The notes below the pieces were generated by a model. It worked only from the letters and a program-made list of their open reading frames with translations. It was not told the origin of the DNA and did not search any database. The translations under genes and the position numbers were made by a program. From Balanoglossus misakiensis (lineage: Eukaryota > Animalia > Hemichordata), in the NCBI GenBank assembly GCA_040954595.2, contig CM082581.2, positions 12,969,921 through 13,033,920 on the forward strand: DNA of 64,000 nt. Direction: 5' to 3'. Shown piece after piece: positions 1 through 10,538 of this stretch. Every line of letters starts with the position of its first letter. Positions within the stretch are counted from its first letter, which is position 1.

Positions 1-194
1 CTGCATGGGCTTTTTTGCCTTCAGAATTCTTGCTTTTTAATATGAAAATTACTTGTTTGCGTACAACATCCATCGCTGGAGGAAATGTGTCATTTTAAAG
101 CTGGGGGCCCGTTAGATAAAAGGGAATCTTACCTTAAGCCCCAATCTATGGAACAATTTTTGAGAATATGTTTTGATTACTTCTACCCTAACCC

Positions 195-335
195 GTAGCC
201 TTTTAAGAATGTACTGGAAGCTACAATCACCAACACCACCAAGGAATGCCCCCGCCAAATCTTACAGGTGGATGCCCGAAGGAAGTCTCGCTTGACGACA
301 CAAGTAATCCAGAAATCATGGTTTCCACGATACCA
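195..335 (+). mobile_element. Decayed RTE-type LINE ORF2 C-terminal remnant
   Basis: A frameshifted translation gives (F)KNVL...GMPRQILQ/WMPEGS...QKSW..TI. This resembles the RTE C-terminal pattern WFGHVLR..RLPKQILxWxPEGxRxRGRPxKxW. Confidence 0.33.
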
Positions 336-512
336 CCAAAATTACAGATTTTTTGTCACGAGGGGAAATGGCATTTCTTAATATTCCTACTGTTCATAAT
401 CTCATGGTCATTGTTTTACCCAGCCAATCCCTTATTTTCCGTAATCTCTTCCGTTGTTTCCCTTTTCTGCTTGGTTTTTGCACTCTTAGCTAGAGTCGAA
501 AAATGGGTAGTT

Positions 513-565
513 GGCTCAAGGAATTGAACCCTGGACATTATAGTTCAAGAGACCTTCTCTACGAC
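513..565 (-). pseudogene. Degenerate tRNA-like fragment (tRNA-Lys-like pseudogene or SINE head)
   Basis: The minus strand reads GTCGTAGAG AAGGT CTCTTGA ACTAT AATGTC CAGGG TTCAATT CCTTG. This has a B-box/T-arm, a CT-CTT-(G)A anticodon-like loop and a D-loop-like GTCG-TAGAG. There is no acceptor stem or good A box. Confidence 0.25.
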
Positions 566-887
566 AAATTTTACAGCAAACTGTATGGTCACTTTTATAA
601 AGAAAACTCACTCTAACGTGCAGATTTGCTGCACTAACTTTAGGATCAGTGAAGAGATTACGATGGGATGTTGGTGGCGCTTTTAGGGTTATATTGAGTG
701 CAAGTAAACGATATTACATTGGTTCATGTAAAGTGAACATATATACGCCAAGACTTGTCCCCAAGTGAATCTCTATTTCATTGTATAGCGTACGAGCCGA
801 GGTACACGAGTATTTACCATTCATCAACACTCATCATTTTTCAAATTTTAATACTCTACACAAGACCGTTTTGAAAAGTTTTTGCAT

Positions 888-930
888 AAACCAACCATCC
901 AATCAATCAATCAATCAATCAATCAGTCAG
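888..930. repeat. (AATC)n microsatellite with degenerate flanks
   Basis: aatcaatcaatcaatcaatcaatcagtcag. Confidence 0.9.
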
Positions 931-3900
931 ACAAACCCACTCTTGTATTGGACATTATCTATCATTTCCTTCCAATTCACAATTAAGAACTCGAATAAGG
1001 CTACTTTGAATCAATTTTGAAGGCATTCAGGTGATATTTTGTGAGTATTGATGGTACTCCAAAGTGTATCTGCAATTGTTTATTCGGATCACGTCTTCAA
1101 TGTGCATTTATTCCTTTTAGTCTGTACTTCCATCATGTCTCGAGTTGAAAACAACATTTGATGTAATTTTTATCTTGAAGACAAAGGCGTGTATCATGCA
1201 ACTGTCTCTATTTCTCTATTCTGCAACTTCATGATAACAAGAACATTTCCTCTTTGGGAAACCTGTCGGACGCGCGAGTGCATGTCTGCCACATTGAATA
1301 AATGTAATCACAGACAGTCGGCGAACTATCTCTGGCGATAAAAAGGGAGACTTCCTCCCACTTCTACCAACAAACGCACGTTCTTCCTGAATGTCATCAA
1401 TTCATTAGAGACTGTCTTATCATCGCCATTTTAGTGGAACAATGCTCAGTTTAGAAAGAAGTATTACTCTACGAAACAAAAACAAGACGGCTACTTTGAC
1501 ACATGTTATTGTTGAGAAGTACTGGTACATATACATGTACCTGTGCATTGCGCAAATGCGTAGATAGAAAACAGATGGCTTTGCCACATTTGTTGCTTAT
1601 GGGTCATCCTCAGGACAGTACATTTAATGGCCAATTGCTTTACAAACGTGTTTGCTCAGTTCTGTGCTGTTTCTGTATCTCTCCTTTTAAAACGTAAGCA
1701 TACGGTTTCTGTATCCGGTTTTAAATATAGCGAGAAATGTTTTTTTTTAGATGACCCCACCTGGGTATCATGTTTTCTGGCTCAGGTTTGTTTTATCTTT
1801 ACCCAGAAACAGTTGCCTGTATGGGCAAATAGCTCTCTTTGCATTTCAACATATATTACACCGACCGTACAGCACAAACTTTTTCTTAGTCAGGCCCTAA
1901 ACAACTGGCGATGCTGTGCCGATGAACTTTGAAGGCAAAGCTGTTCTTGTTTCACTGCAGGAACTATAAACGGAATGAGACGGCTCGATTTAGCGACTTG
2001 TGAAAGGAAGATCTGAAATCGAAGCAGAACCGGCTGAAAACCCTCTTGAAATCGCACTTTCAGGCGGCGTAATCAATTTGTGCGTCAGAGACAGCACACC
2101 GAATATCATCGACTGAAAAAACCCCGATGAAACAGCACTCCATCGTCGTTGGCGAGGAATGAATTCCCCACTCAATTTAATTCGATTTGTTAAAATGTAG
2201 TACCAATTCTATTCCCATCTTTTACATGTCATCGCGTGCCCTTCATAACAGACGTATCAGTATAATTGCCCAGTAGATTATTGGTTACCATGACGATGGA
2301 GCCGTATTGTATAGATTTGCCACACTAGTCTATGGATAAGAAGAGATATTTCTGTAACACCGTTATTTGAGAGGGATTTCACTCTCCGTTGACTACAAGA
2401 CCAGTGGGTATACCTGTCGGTGTCATGTTAATATTAATCCATTGATAATAATATCCGGTATATCTGCTTCCACGTCCAAATCGTACGTACATTTTGTTCC
2501 TGTAATCTTATCAGTGACCCGTTATTGTAGCACGTTTGAATCTTGGTGACCAGACTCCGACATGAAAGTAGCCCGCTCTTATGGAAATACGCTATGTAAG
2601 TTCTCACTTCCTTAAGTAATTCCGAACAGAGGCCTACCCAGATAATCAGTGTCACTAAGTAACGCTGCAACGGAAGCGTCATTTTCTAAATAGGCTCTCG
2701 CTGAAACAACTGACGCCTGCAGGCGTTTTACTTGGCCGAAGACGTAATGATCTTGCGATGAAATGAATTGCGATACACACATCTCTACGTGATATCGTTT
2801 CATTCTACACCCCCATTCTCTTGATACATGTTTGTCTTGTTTAAAATTCTTGCCGGCGGTGCAGTATACAGAAATGGCCCATACCATAATGACCGTATCA
2901 CTGTAAGGCATAATTATGATCGAGAGACCACACTAAGCACACCTCTAAAGAAGTCATCAAGATCAAACAATTACCATTAGTGGGGTCAGATCAATGATTC
3001 TCTGTCTTTCTTGGTCATTTTTACCAGGCACATCAGGGCCTACGTGAAATTCATTCCTTACTTATGTGGGCATTACTTGCAAATCCATCTTGATATTCAA
3101 TTAGTGTCCTTAGCACAGTGCCAGATTGCTGTATACGTCTTATTTAACCTTCTGAGTACACGTTATAAATTATATTAGGTTCGCTGAGACGAGAGTGCCC
3201 ATCTTCGCCAAATTTCTTTATCTGTGATCTTGTCTGCCGCTGATTGATCGGGTCTTCTACTGCATGCCAGTAAAGTGAATTAATTCTGGTCTGGTCGTCA
3301 GCATCGTACATCCTAATTCAGGGAGTTTCAAATCCAACGACGTCGCGGCCAGATCTATGTTACGCCGGATTTCATTTCCCTGACATGAAACGGAAGTCCA
3401 CAGGGCAAGAGCTTCGCACAAATGGCAGGAGTTTCATACTTCGCTGCTCACCAAAAGGATAATCAAATCAAACTGCAGGTCTATACTCACGAAGCCGTGA
3501 TATAACTTGCTCAATAATTCAATGATATCGCTTATATTTTTATTCAAAGTTGAAACAAATAATTATAAAAAAGTATTACCTCTTTTGTCGCTCATGCGAT
3601 TATTAATAATTCAGCAGGTGACTATTTATATCACAAAGTGTTCAGGTTGACCGGAAAATCTGCATTGGGATCAATGAAATTCGTGACCTCTAGAAAATAT
3701 ATTTCAGGAGGTTACGTGAAGCTAAATCTATATTTCACTTCTTGGGCTTTGTCCATGATAACGACATGTTTTATAATATTAACCTTATAATTTTAATAAT
3801 ATATAATATTGTAATTTATTGGCTTTAAATCGCGAAACTTCAAACAATAACCAAGCGAAAATCAAGTCAGATTTTGTTTCATGGTTTCTGTCATGGTAAC

Positions 3901-5570
3901 ACATATATCACTTGAAAAACTGCAGTACACTGGACCGTTTACTCCAATTTCACAGAGACCAGTAAATTATTGTGCGAAGTACAAGTTTCTTTGAAAACGC
4001 AAATTAAAGTGGTCATTGTGATAAATTTGCTGACTTTCTGATTGAACGTTTTGAAAGGCAACATCGTTTCCACGTAATTCAATAACAACCTAATTACCAA
4101 TGGCTTTTAAAGTCATACGCTGTGTTAATTTGGGCTAGCTCGCCTGCCAGATTGTTTGTTTATCATAAAAGAAAAAAATAACAATTTATGAGGCTGGCCC
4201 AGATGACTTCATTGCACCTTGTTCATTTAAATCACGGTAATTATGCTAGTTAAAGGTTGTGAGATGGAATACAACAGCGACATCCTTATACCTGTATGTC
4301 TATCGCCCAAAAGTAGCCCTGCAGCGACTAGTATCCTAGGACCATTCCCTTTCGGTACTTAAAATACAGTGTTTCCATGCGATGACCACAATGTATGGCG
4401 GCGCGTATTCAACACTGAAACTATACATACATGTATTAGATTTACATCACTGGTAGCAAGGATAACAGATGTTAGGTTGTTAGGATACGAGGTTACGTTG
4501 CTACCATAGGAGGTTTAGGTTGTGAGGTTCTATGCACTCATGCCATTCGACCATTCTTCATCATGAATATGCGGATTTCATGAAACGGCCCGTTTTTAAA
4601 ATACCGGGTAGGCCACCACCGTTCATGCAGCAAAACTTTTCATGTGCAGGCAGGCGTTAATACCAGATTTGTTTAATACTATAAAAGAGTGGTGCAAAGT
4701 CATATTTGATTGCTTTATCGATCAAAGATACAACAGACAGGAACAGCTGGTCTTGTTAGTTGGTTTCAGTGCGTGCAGCTCCATGTAGTAACATTACAAT
4801 AAGAAACAAGCGTAAGTTGTATATGTCAAGCACTCAGTTCAGTTGAACTTTATACTTTGGGTTTTAAAAGGATTCAACTATGATAACTGTATGTATATGT
4901 CCAATTACTGTTTTATAATATTTTTCTTGTTCTGTTTTCCAGATTTGTCCTACGCCTAAATAAACTCCAAGTGCTGGCGTGACGTGGGCAAGGTGACCTT
5001 GTGTGAAAACCCTGACAGACCATTATGATTTTTATCTTGCGTGGGTAAACCACGATGTTACTAAATGCACGCAGGTGAACTGGATGCACCTGCACATGTA
5101 ATAATGGAAAGCCGCTTTTAGACTCTCAGTTTTGCGCATTTCTATTGACACAGCGATAATCACTCCACCGTGTCAAAAAGAACTCGCGTTCCAGTCAAAT
5201 TCTCGGAGTAACCAGCTCTGCCCCCCTTTTTTCAATCGCGACTGCGTTATACGTGTGGTGGACGTTCTATTGTGGACAAAGTTGCTTTCAATAATTCCAT
5301 ATAAAGGTACTTTGACTGATTAGACGAATCACGTCTAAAAAAACTACAGAGATGTTAACTATTATGGACTGAGAATCGTACATCGATGTCGTGTCTGGGA
5401 ACCCTTGACGAGCTAATGAATATTTAATGGGGACTGCAAGGCTGCTTGCGACCGACGATACTGGAGACAGAAGTACGCCAACGTGTGACTCAGTTGGAGT
5501 GAGCAGCCTGCACTGAATAGGTGTGTTTGGAAATGCTCTACAGTCCAACAACGTGACAGCAATTGTGGGT

Positions 5571-5578
5571 TATATAAG
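5571..5578 (+). promoter_or_regulatory. Candidate TATA box upstream of the receptor
   Basis: TATATAAG lies ~310 bp upstream of the ATG. This is a motif match only, in AT-rich DNA. Confidence 0.2.
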
Positions 5579-5810
5579 TTCTGTATTGCCAACGACATAA
5601 GTGGTCGTGGAAACATTTGTCCCTTCTGCACGGGGAAACCACGAGGACAAACGACATGCTGTTGCCTCATTATTATTGAAGTAATCTGCCACGACCGCGA
5701 TGCTGCTGTGATTACGGCTGGTGGACCCGTGCACGGTGCGTATGCACTTCTGACGAACAGTGTCGGGGTATATTAGCACCAAGGATTTTGCTGAAGACAC
5801 CCACGACAGT

Positions 5811-5844
5811 GCTGATCGACTACACCTCTCTGTCTTGTACCTAG
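5811..5844 (+). promoter_or_regulatory. Candidate 3' splice acceptor just upstream of the receptor start codon
   Basis: A branch-like gctgatc is followed by the pyrimidine tract cacctctctgtcttgtacc and then TAG, ending 38 nt before the ATG. No ATG lies between the acceptor and the start codon. Confidence 0.3.
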
Positions 5845-5882
5845 AAAATTGCCAGTGTCGCCAGAACAGATATCAGTCGACA

Positions 5883-7007
5883 ATGGTGCCGATGAACAAC
5901 ACAACGTACATGGGTGGAATACTAACGCCGCTACCAGAAGCCATCGTTGCCGGCACGCTGTTCAGTATCCTCATCGTAGCAACAGCATTCGGCAATATTC
6001 TGGTGATAACCTCTGTTCTGACTCAACGCTCGCTACAACTAGTACAAAACTACTTCATCGTTTCACTGGCAGCCGCGGACCTTTTTGTTGCGATCTATAT
6101 TATGCCGCTGTCTACAATAAATTACCTCTATGGATATTGGATATTCAGTTATTCACTGTGTGATATTTGGCTAACCAGCGACGTGTTCTTGTGTACTGCG
6201 TCCATTCTCAACCTGTGTGCCATCGCATTAGATCGCTACTGGGCCATCACTGACCCAATCGCGTATGCGGCCAAACGCACCAAAAAGCGAGTGCTAGTCA
6301 TCATTGCGTTTGTCTGGGGCCTGAGCGCACTGGTATCAATGCCTCCTCTTGTCGGCTGGAACGACCACACAAGAGTCTATAACATCCAGCCGTGGGAGCG
6401 ACACTGCCTCCTGACATCCGAGAAAGGGTATGTAATATATTCCGCCCTGGGTTCTTTCTACGTGCCGTTCTTTGTCATGGCGGTCGTGTATTTACGCATC
6501 TACAAGGCTGCCAGACTTCGGCTCCGCAAACGGCGTAACGCCGGCGCGGCGACATTCACCAGTCAAACAACGCACTTCAAGCCAAGCTCCAGTAGCGACA
6601 GCAACCTGCACGACGGGTCAAGTCGCAATGCCTCTGCCACTGGGCCTCCCTCCGTCACAGTGACTGGTAACTCGAGCGTGAAAGACATGATAGACCAGAT
6701 GCGAGAGGAGAAACAACGGATTTCTGTGAGTAAGGAGAGAAAGGCCGCCAGGACCCTGGGTATAATCATGGGCGGCTTCATTCTCTGTTGGCTACCTTTC
6801 TTCATCATGTACATTATTCTGCCGTTTTGCGATACCTGTTCGTTGAACAAACATGTCGAGGCGTTCATCATCTGGATCGGATACGCCAACAGTTGCTGCA
6901 ACCCGGTCATCTACACCATCTTCAATAGAGATTTTCGTAATGCGTTTACAAGAATGCTCTGCGGCAGATGTAAAGTACGATCATCATCATCATTACGCTA
7001 CAGATAA
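5883..7007 (+). CDS. Oct-TyrR: Type-1 tyramine (tyramine/octopamine) receptor, class A aminergic 7TM GPCR, 374 aa, single coding exon
   Basis: The first in-frame ATG is at 5883 in strong context (acaATGG). The ORF-track start at 5760 is a GTG. The stop is TAA at 7005-7007. Seven hydrophobic segments carry canonical motifs: GN (TM1), SLAAAD (TM2), D3.32 (D100), DRY (117-119), W4.50, S5.42/S5.46/P5.50 (YSALGSFYVP), CWLPFF and NPVIY. There are N-glycosylation sequons at NNTT. The segments VQNYFIVSLA, LCAIALDRYWAITDPIxYAxKRT, PPLVGWND, LTSxxGYVIYS and EEKQRISVSKERKAARTLGIIMG..CWLPFFIMYIILPFC closely match insect Oct-TyrR/TAR1 as I recall it. Confidence 0.93.
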   Translation: MVPMNNTTYMGGILTPLPEAIVAGTLFSILIVATAFGNILVITSVLTQRSLQLVQNYFIVSLAAADLFVAIYIMPLSTINYLYGYWIFSYSLCDIWLTSDVFLCTASILNLCAIALDRYWAITDPIAYAAKRTKKRVLVIIAFVWGLSALVSMPPLVGWNDHTRVYNIQPWERHCLLTSEKGYVIYSALGSFYVPFFVMAVVYLRIYKAARLRLRKRRNAGAATFTSQTTHFKPSSSSDSNLHDGSSRNASATGPPSVTVTGNSSVKDMIDQMREEKQRISVSKERKAARTLGIIMGGFILCWLPFFIMYIILPFCDTCSLNKHVEAFIIWIGYANSCCNPVIYTIFNRDFRNAFTRMLCGRCKVRSSSSLRYR

Positions 7008-7437
7008 CTGCGAGCCAACCAATGCCCTTACATGTACATTGGTCATCGACAAATTCTAAGTTATGAAGATCTTTCAGACTGGCATGGCATATCACCTGAA
7101 AAAGACTTCAAATGCCCTTGGCAATACAAAATTCGATTAAACAGGAAATCAGTTGATTCGCCTTCATTGAATCATGCTTTTCCCAATTAATCAATTTCTG
7201 TGATTTACATTATCGCCGCAAACTTGAACTCAGAGGAGGGAAACAAAAACAATAACATATTTTCATTCATAACTTGCTTGCAAGTGCCATCTAAATAACC
7301 GCATACATGCTGTACAAAATGCGATCCTATTTTCAATCTTTGGCAAGTTTCAAATAGAATGGCAAAAAATGATATATGCACCTGACTTTTCCATTTAGAT
7401 CTCTAGCAATTTTAAATGACATTTAAAAAGCTGATCA

Positions 7438-7443
7438 AATAAA
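7438..7443 (+). terminator. Candidate polyadenylation signal of the receptor mRNA
   Basis: This is the first AATAAA I see downstream of the stop, ~430 nt after it. An alternative ATTAAA is at 7136-7141. Confidence 0.3.
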
Positions 7444-10400
7444 CTGTGTGTACAAATCTGCAAGCCCCAGGAATGATCGAGGGAGATATTTTTAATAACC
7501 TAATTAGTTTCTGAAAACGTATTTCAGTTGTGTCAACTTATCGTTTCATTTCGAATCTCCCACTTGCCATATTTTACAGTTTGGTTTACGGTCATTTTGG
7601 TACCATAGCCGTCCTGAGATTGTTGCCGACATCAGTTCAAAATATTTGACAACAAAATAGAAGATTGGAGAAATTGAAATATTTTGGTGACTTCTCGTGG
7701 CACCCGATTTGGATTTCAATATGTTGTCGCTCAGGCAAGACGCGTTTGAAGCAAATAACAAACAACACAGTGCTCTTTCACTACATGTATGTAATTTTGC
7801 ACTCTTTTTCTGTCAATGATAACAGTGAAATGTAATAACCATAATACATTGTATGCAGGCATGGGGCAGTCAGTGAACAAACTGGTCAGCGTAAATTGAT
7901 CTTTGACTAAAAGATTTCACTAAACCAAAGATTGTAACAGTTTTCCTTTAACATTTATCTGAGATTCTGCCTCCACACATTATAATATCATAAATATCGA
8001 TGGTATAACATCCTGTTCCACAATCATTTTTGCTATGAGCAGGAAAGAGGAACAGAAACCTAGGTATCTACAAAACATCATTTTTTTCAAAACAAATATT
8101 TCACCGTAACAGGGTAACTTATGTATAGAATTTATATGACATTTCACGTGGTAGGGTACGTAACCCTTATTGAAGTCGACCTTTACGCATATGACCTCAC
8201 TATATTGCCTCCGGTTATTCCCAATTATACAAACAACATTACTTTTAAATGCGTTATATACATTTGTATGGAAATTAATTTGGGATAATAGGACCACTTA
8301 AGTAATTTAATTTTGCGGTTTTTATTTCGCTCTTTTATATCTTTTCCTCCTCTGAATTAAGTAGGGGGATTCGGTCCTTTGCCCTGGAATGTAAATTATG
8401 TCGTTGTTATTGTTGGTGCCATGGTTTTTATCCTTGGTTTCAATTTTAGTCAGGGGCATTCAAACCACGCATAATAAACCCAACATTTCATGATTGTGTG
8501 TCAAATTTGGCGTCATTCTGGTGCTCACGTTTTTCACTGGCAACACGGAATATTCTCGCATAATACATAGGGGAATTGTGCGTTCACAATGGACAGACAC
8601 TACTTTGCAACCTCTGGTGGCAGCTCGAGCATACAAATGTCAGCGACCTATTTTCTGCTGTGGTATTTCAGATTGAGAATTGTTTTAAGACTTTCACTTT
8701 CATCACTGAGAAGGTAAATGCTGTGATATTACAATAACATTAAAATCATGGAACCTCTCTGTCAAAGAAAATAAATCTCGTGCCAATTGTAAATATGGCA
8801 AACTTCTTGATTTTGGAACCATCTTCGAACGTTATTGCTCTCACGGGAGATCTGCACACAATTACCCAGTCAATGGATTGACACGTTTTTCTCTCCGATC
8901 AATTCATAAGTTCAGACATAAGCGGCTCCGTTAATACAAGCGCCATTTTAAGTTGTCAGCTTTGCTTAGTCCGTACATCACTTTCACTACCAGCTGACAG
9001 ACGGGATTGAGGAGCAAAAACGGGCTTAATGGCAAATCGCCTTATGTGGCGGGGTGCATTAAAAGAGTTGTTTGATCAACATTCCCAACGAGTCAACAAT
9101 AGGGGCACCTTCAAGTGAAAATATCGCTGACAAAGCCACCGATCTGGCTGGAGAGTATGTGCCAGATCAAGCTAATTTTTCTACCATTCAACATTTGCCT
9201 TGTTTTATTCAGATGGTGCTATTGAACATGCCCACAGAGTGATTGTCTGTGGGTGTTTTGGCGTACCAATTTGTTTCTCAGGGTAAAACAGGATGGTTCC
9301 AGTAATCTGCAATCTGGGGGATTTTCATGCAGTATTTTCAGTACAGCTGCACAAATTGTCTGAGGCAATACAACTCCATTAGGAGATGTGGTGAACACAC
9401 GTGTCTAGTAACATCCGTTGCAGTTGTGGCACCAAAAATTAAAGTGCCCACTGTTTAGCTTCCTATATCCAGTATCTGCCCTCACAAATACACAACCATT
9501 ACATGAAATAAGTACGAATCTGATGGCGTTTTCAGCCTTGAGAAATTAAAATTGTGCTGGTCCACCTAGATTAACTTTAAAGAATGAACCGCATTGTCAT
9601 TGTAACTGACGTTGAAGGTATCCGGCCATCTCGTCACAATTATCGTGGTTTGTCCATCAAATAACTTGTCAATATTATCGCATGTGTGATATGCGCATGT
9701 TTATTAGTCTTTAGCAAAAATACTTTCACCGAATTTGTTATTCGGTCAGAAGTTTGATCTTTAAAAAAATATCATCTATACGTAAATGGTTTGGTGACGC
9801 CATCTGTACTTCACTCGTTTCTTTCCAGAATTGATTTTTCTGTTCTCCCTGTTTCAGAACCGGAATTGAGCCACACACACACTTAGTGGCAACAATAACA
9901 ACTTTCGATTTGCCACATCTCACATCGCGTAGCTGTCGATTTATGATGTCAACAACTTGAAAATATTATGAATCCTACTGTTATGAAATCTAATGCGTCA
10001 ATTATTTGAGAATTCAATGGGCGGGATATTTTTACATACGTGTCAATTGGACACACTGCTTACTTTTCATTTCAGCAAGTGAAACAAGAATCTGGGGCGT
10101 GAGTGAATGTAAACAGAAAACACTTTCTGTGAATCAGCTTTTCACTGATTCTACTGTACTCAGACTTTGCTAATTTGATAACTTGGAAATCCTTTCAGCT
10201 CTGTACACGTGTCAGTCAAAATTTGTCAAATTTTGAAGTGGCGAAAATGACTGATGGCACTGATAAGTATCGCACAAAAATCCAGAATGGAAGACGGTGC
10301 AGTAAACAGCATTCAATTTTGTGATCTAACCAAAAGGCATCTGCATGTATCCACATCGCAACTCAGATGTATCATTGTTAAATGACTATAAAGTTAAGAC

Positions 10401-10506
10401 ACAATGTACAGATGATTCACTAAGAATTTTCTTTTGTAGACGTCACAATGCTAAAAATGGCAACGATATTTATTCTTGCACTATGATAAGATGATAAGCT
10501 TTAGTA

Positions 10507-10538
10507 ATCTGACATTAGTGGGTCACATAATGTCAGAT
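10507..10538. repeat. 11-bp perfect inverted repeat (hairpin)
   Basis: ATCTGACATTA (10507-10517) pairs with TAATGTCAGAT (10528-10538). The 10-nt spacer has an extra GTG/CAC pair. Confidence 0.8.

Noticed and set aside
4920-4942. Strong splice acceptor ~940 bp upstream of the receptor ATG
   Set aside because: It could be a real 5'UTR acceptor, but there is no convincing partner donor or exon evidence. Such tracts are frequent in AT-rich DNA.
5760-5882. 41-aa N-terminal extension in the ORF track
   Set aside because: It starts at GTG, which is not a usual eukaryotic start. ATG 5883 has strong context and is followed directly by typical N-glycosylation sites.
5849-7059. Overlapping and antisense ORFs (5849-6163, 6472-6663, 6563-6910, 6853-7059)
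   Set aside because: These are shadow ORFs of the GC-richer GPCR coding sequence and have no recognisable motifs.
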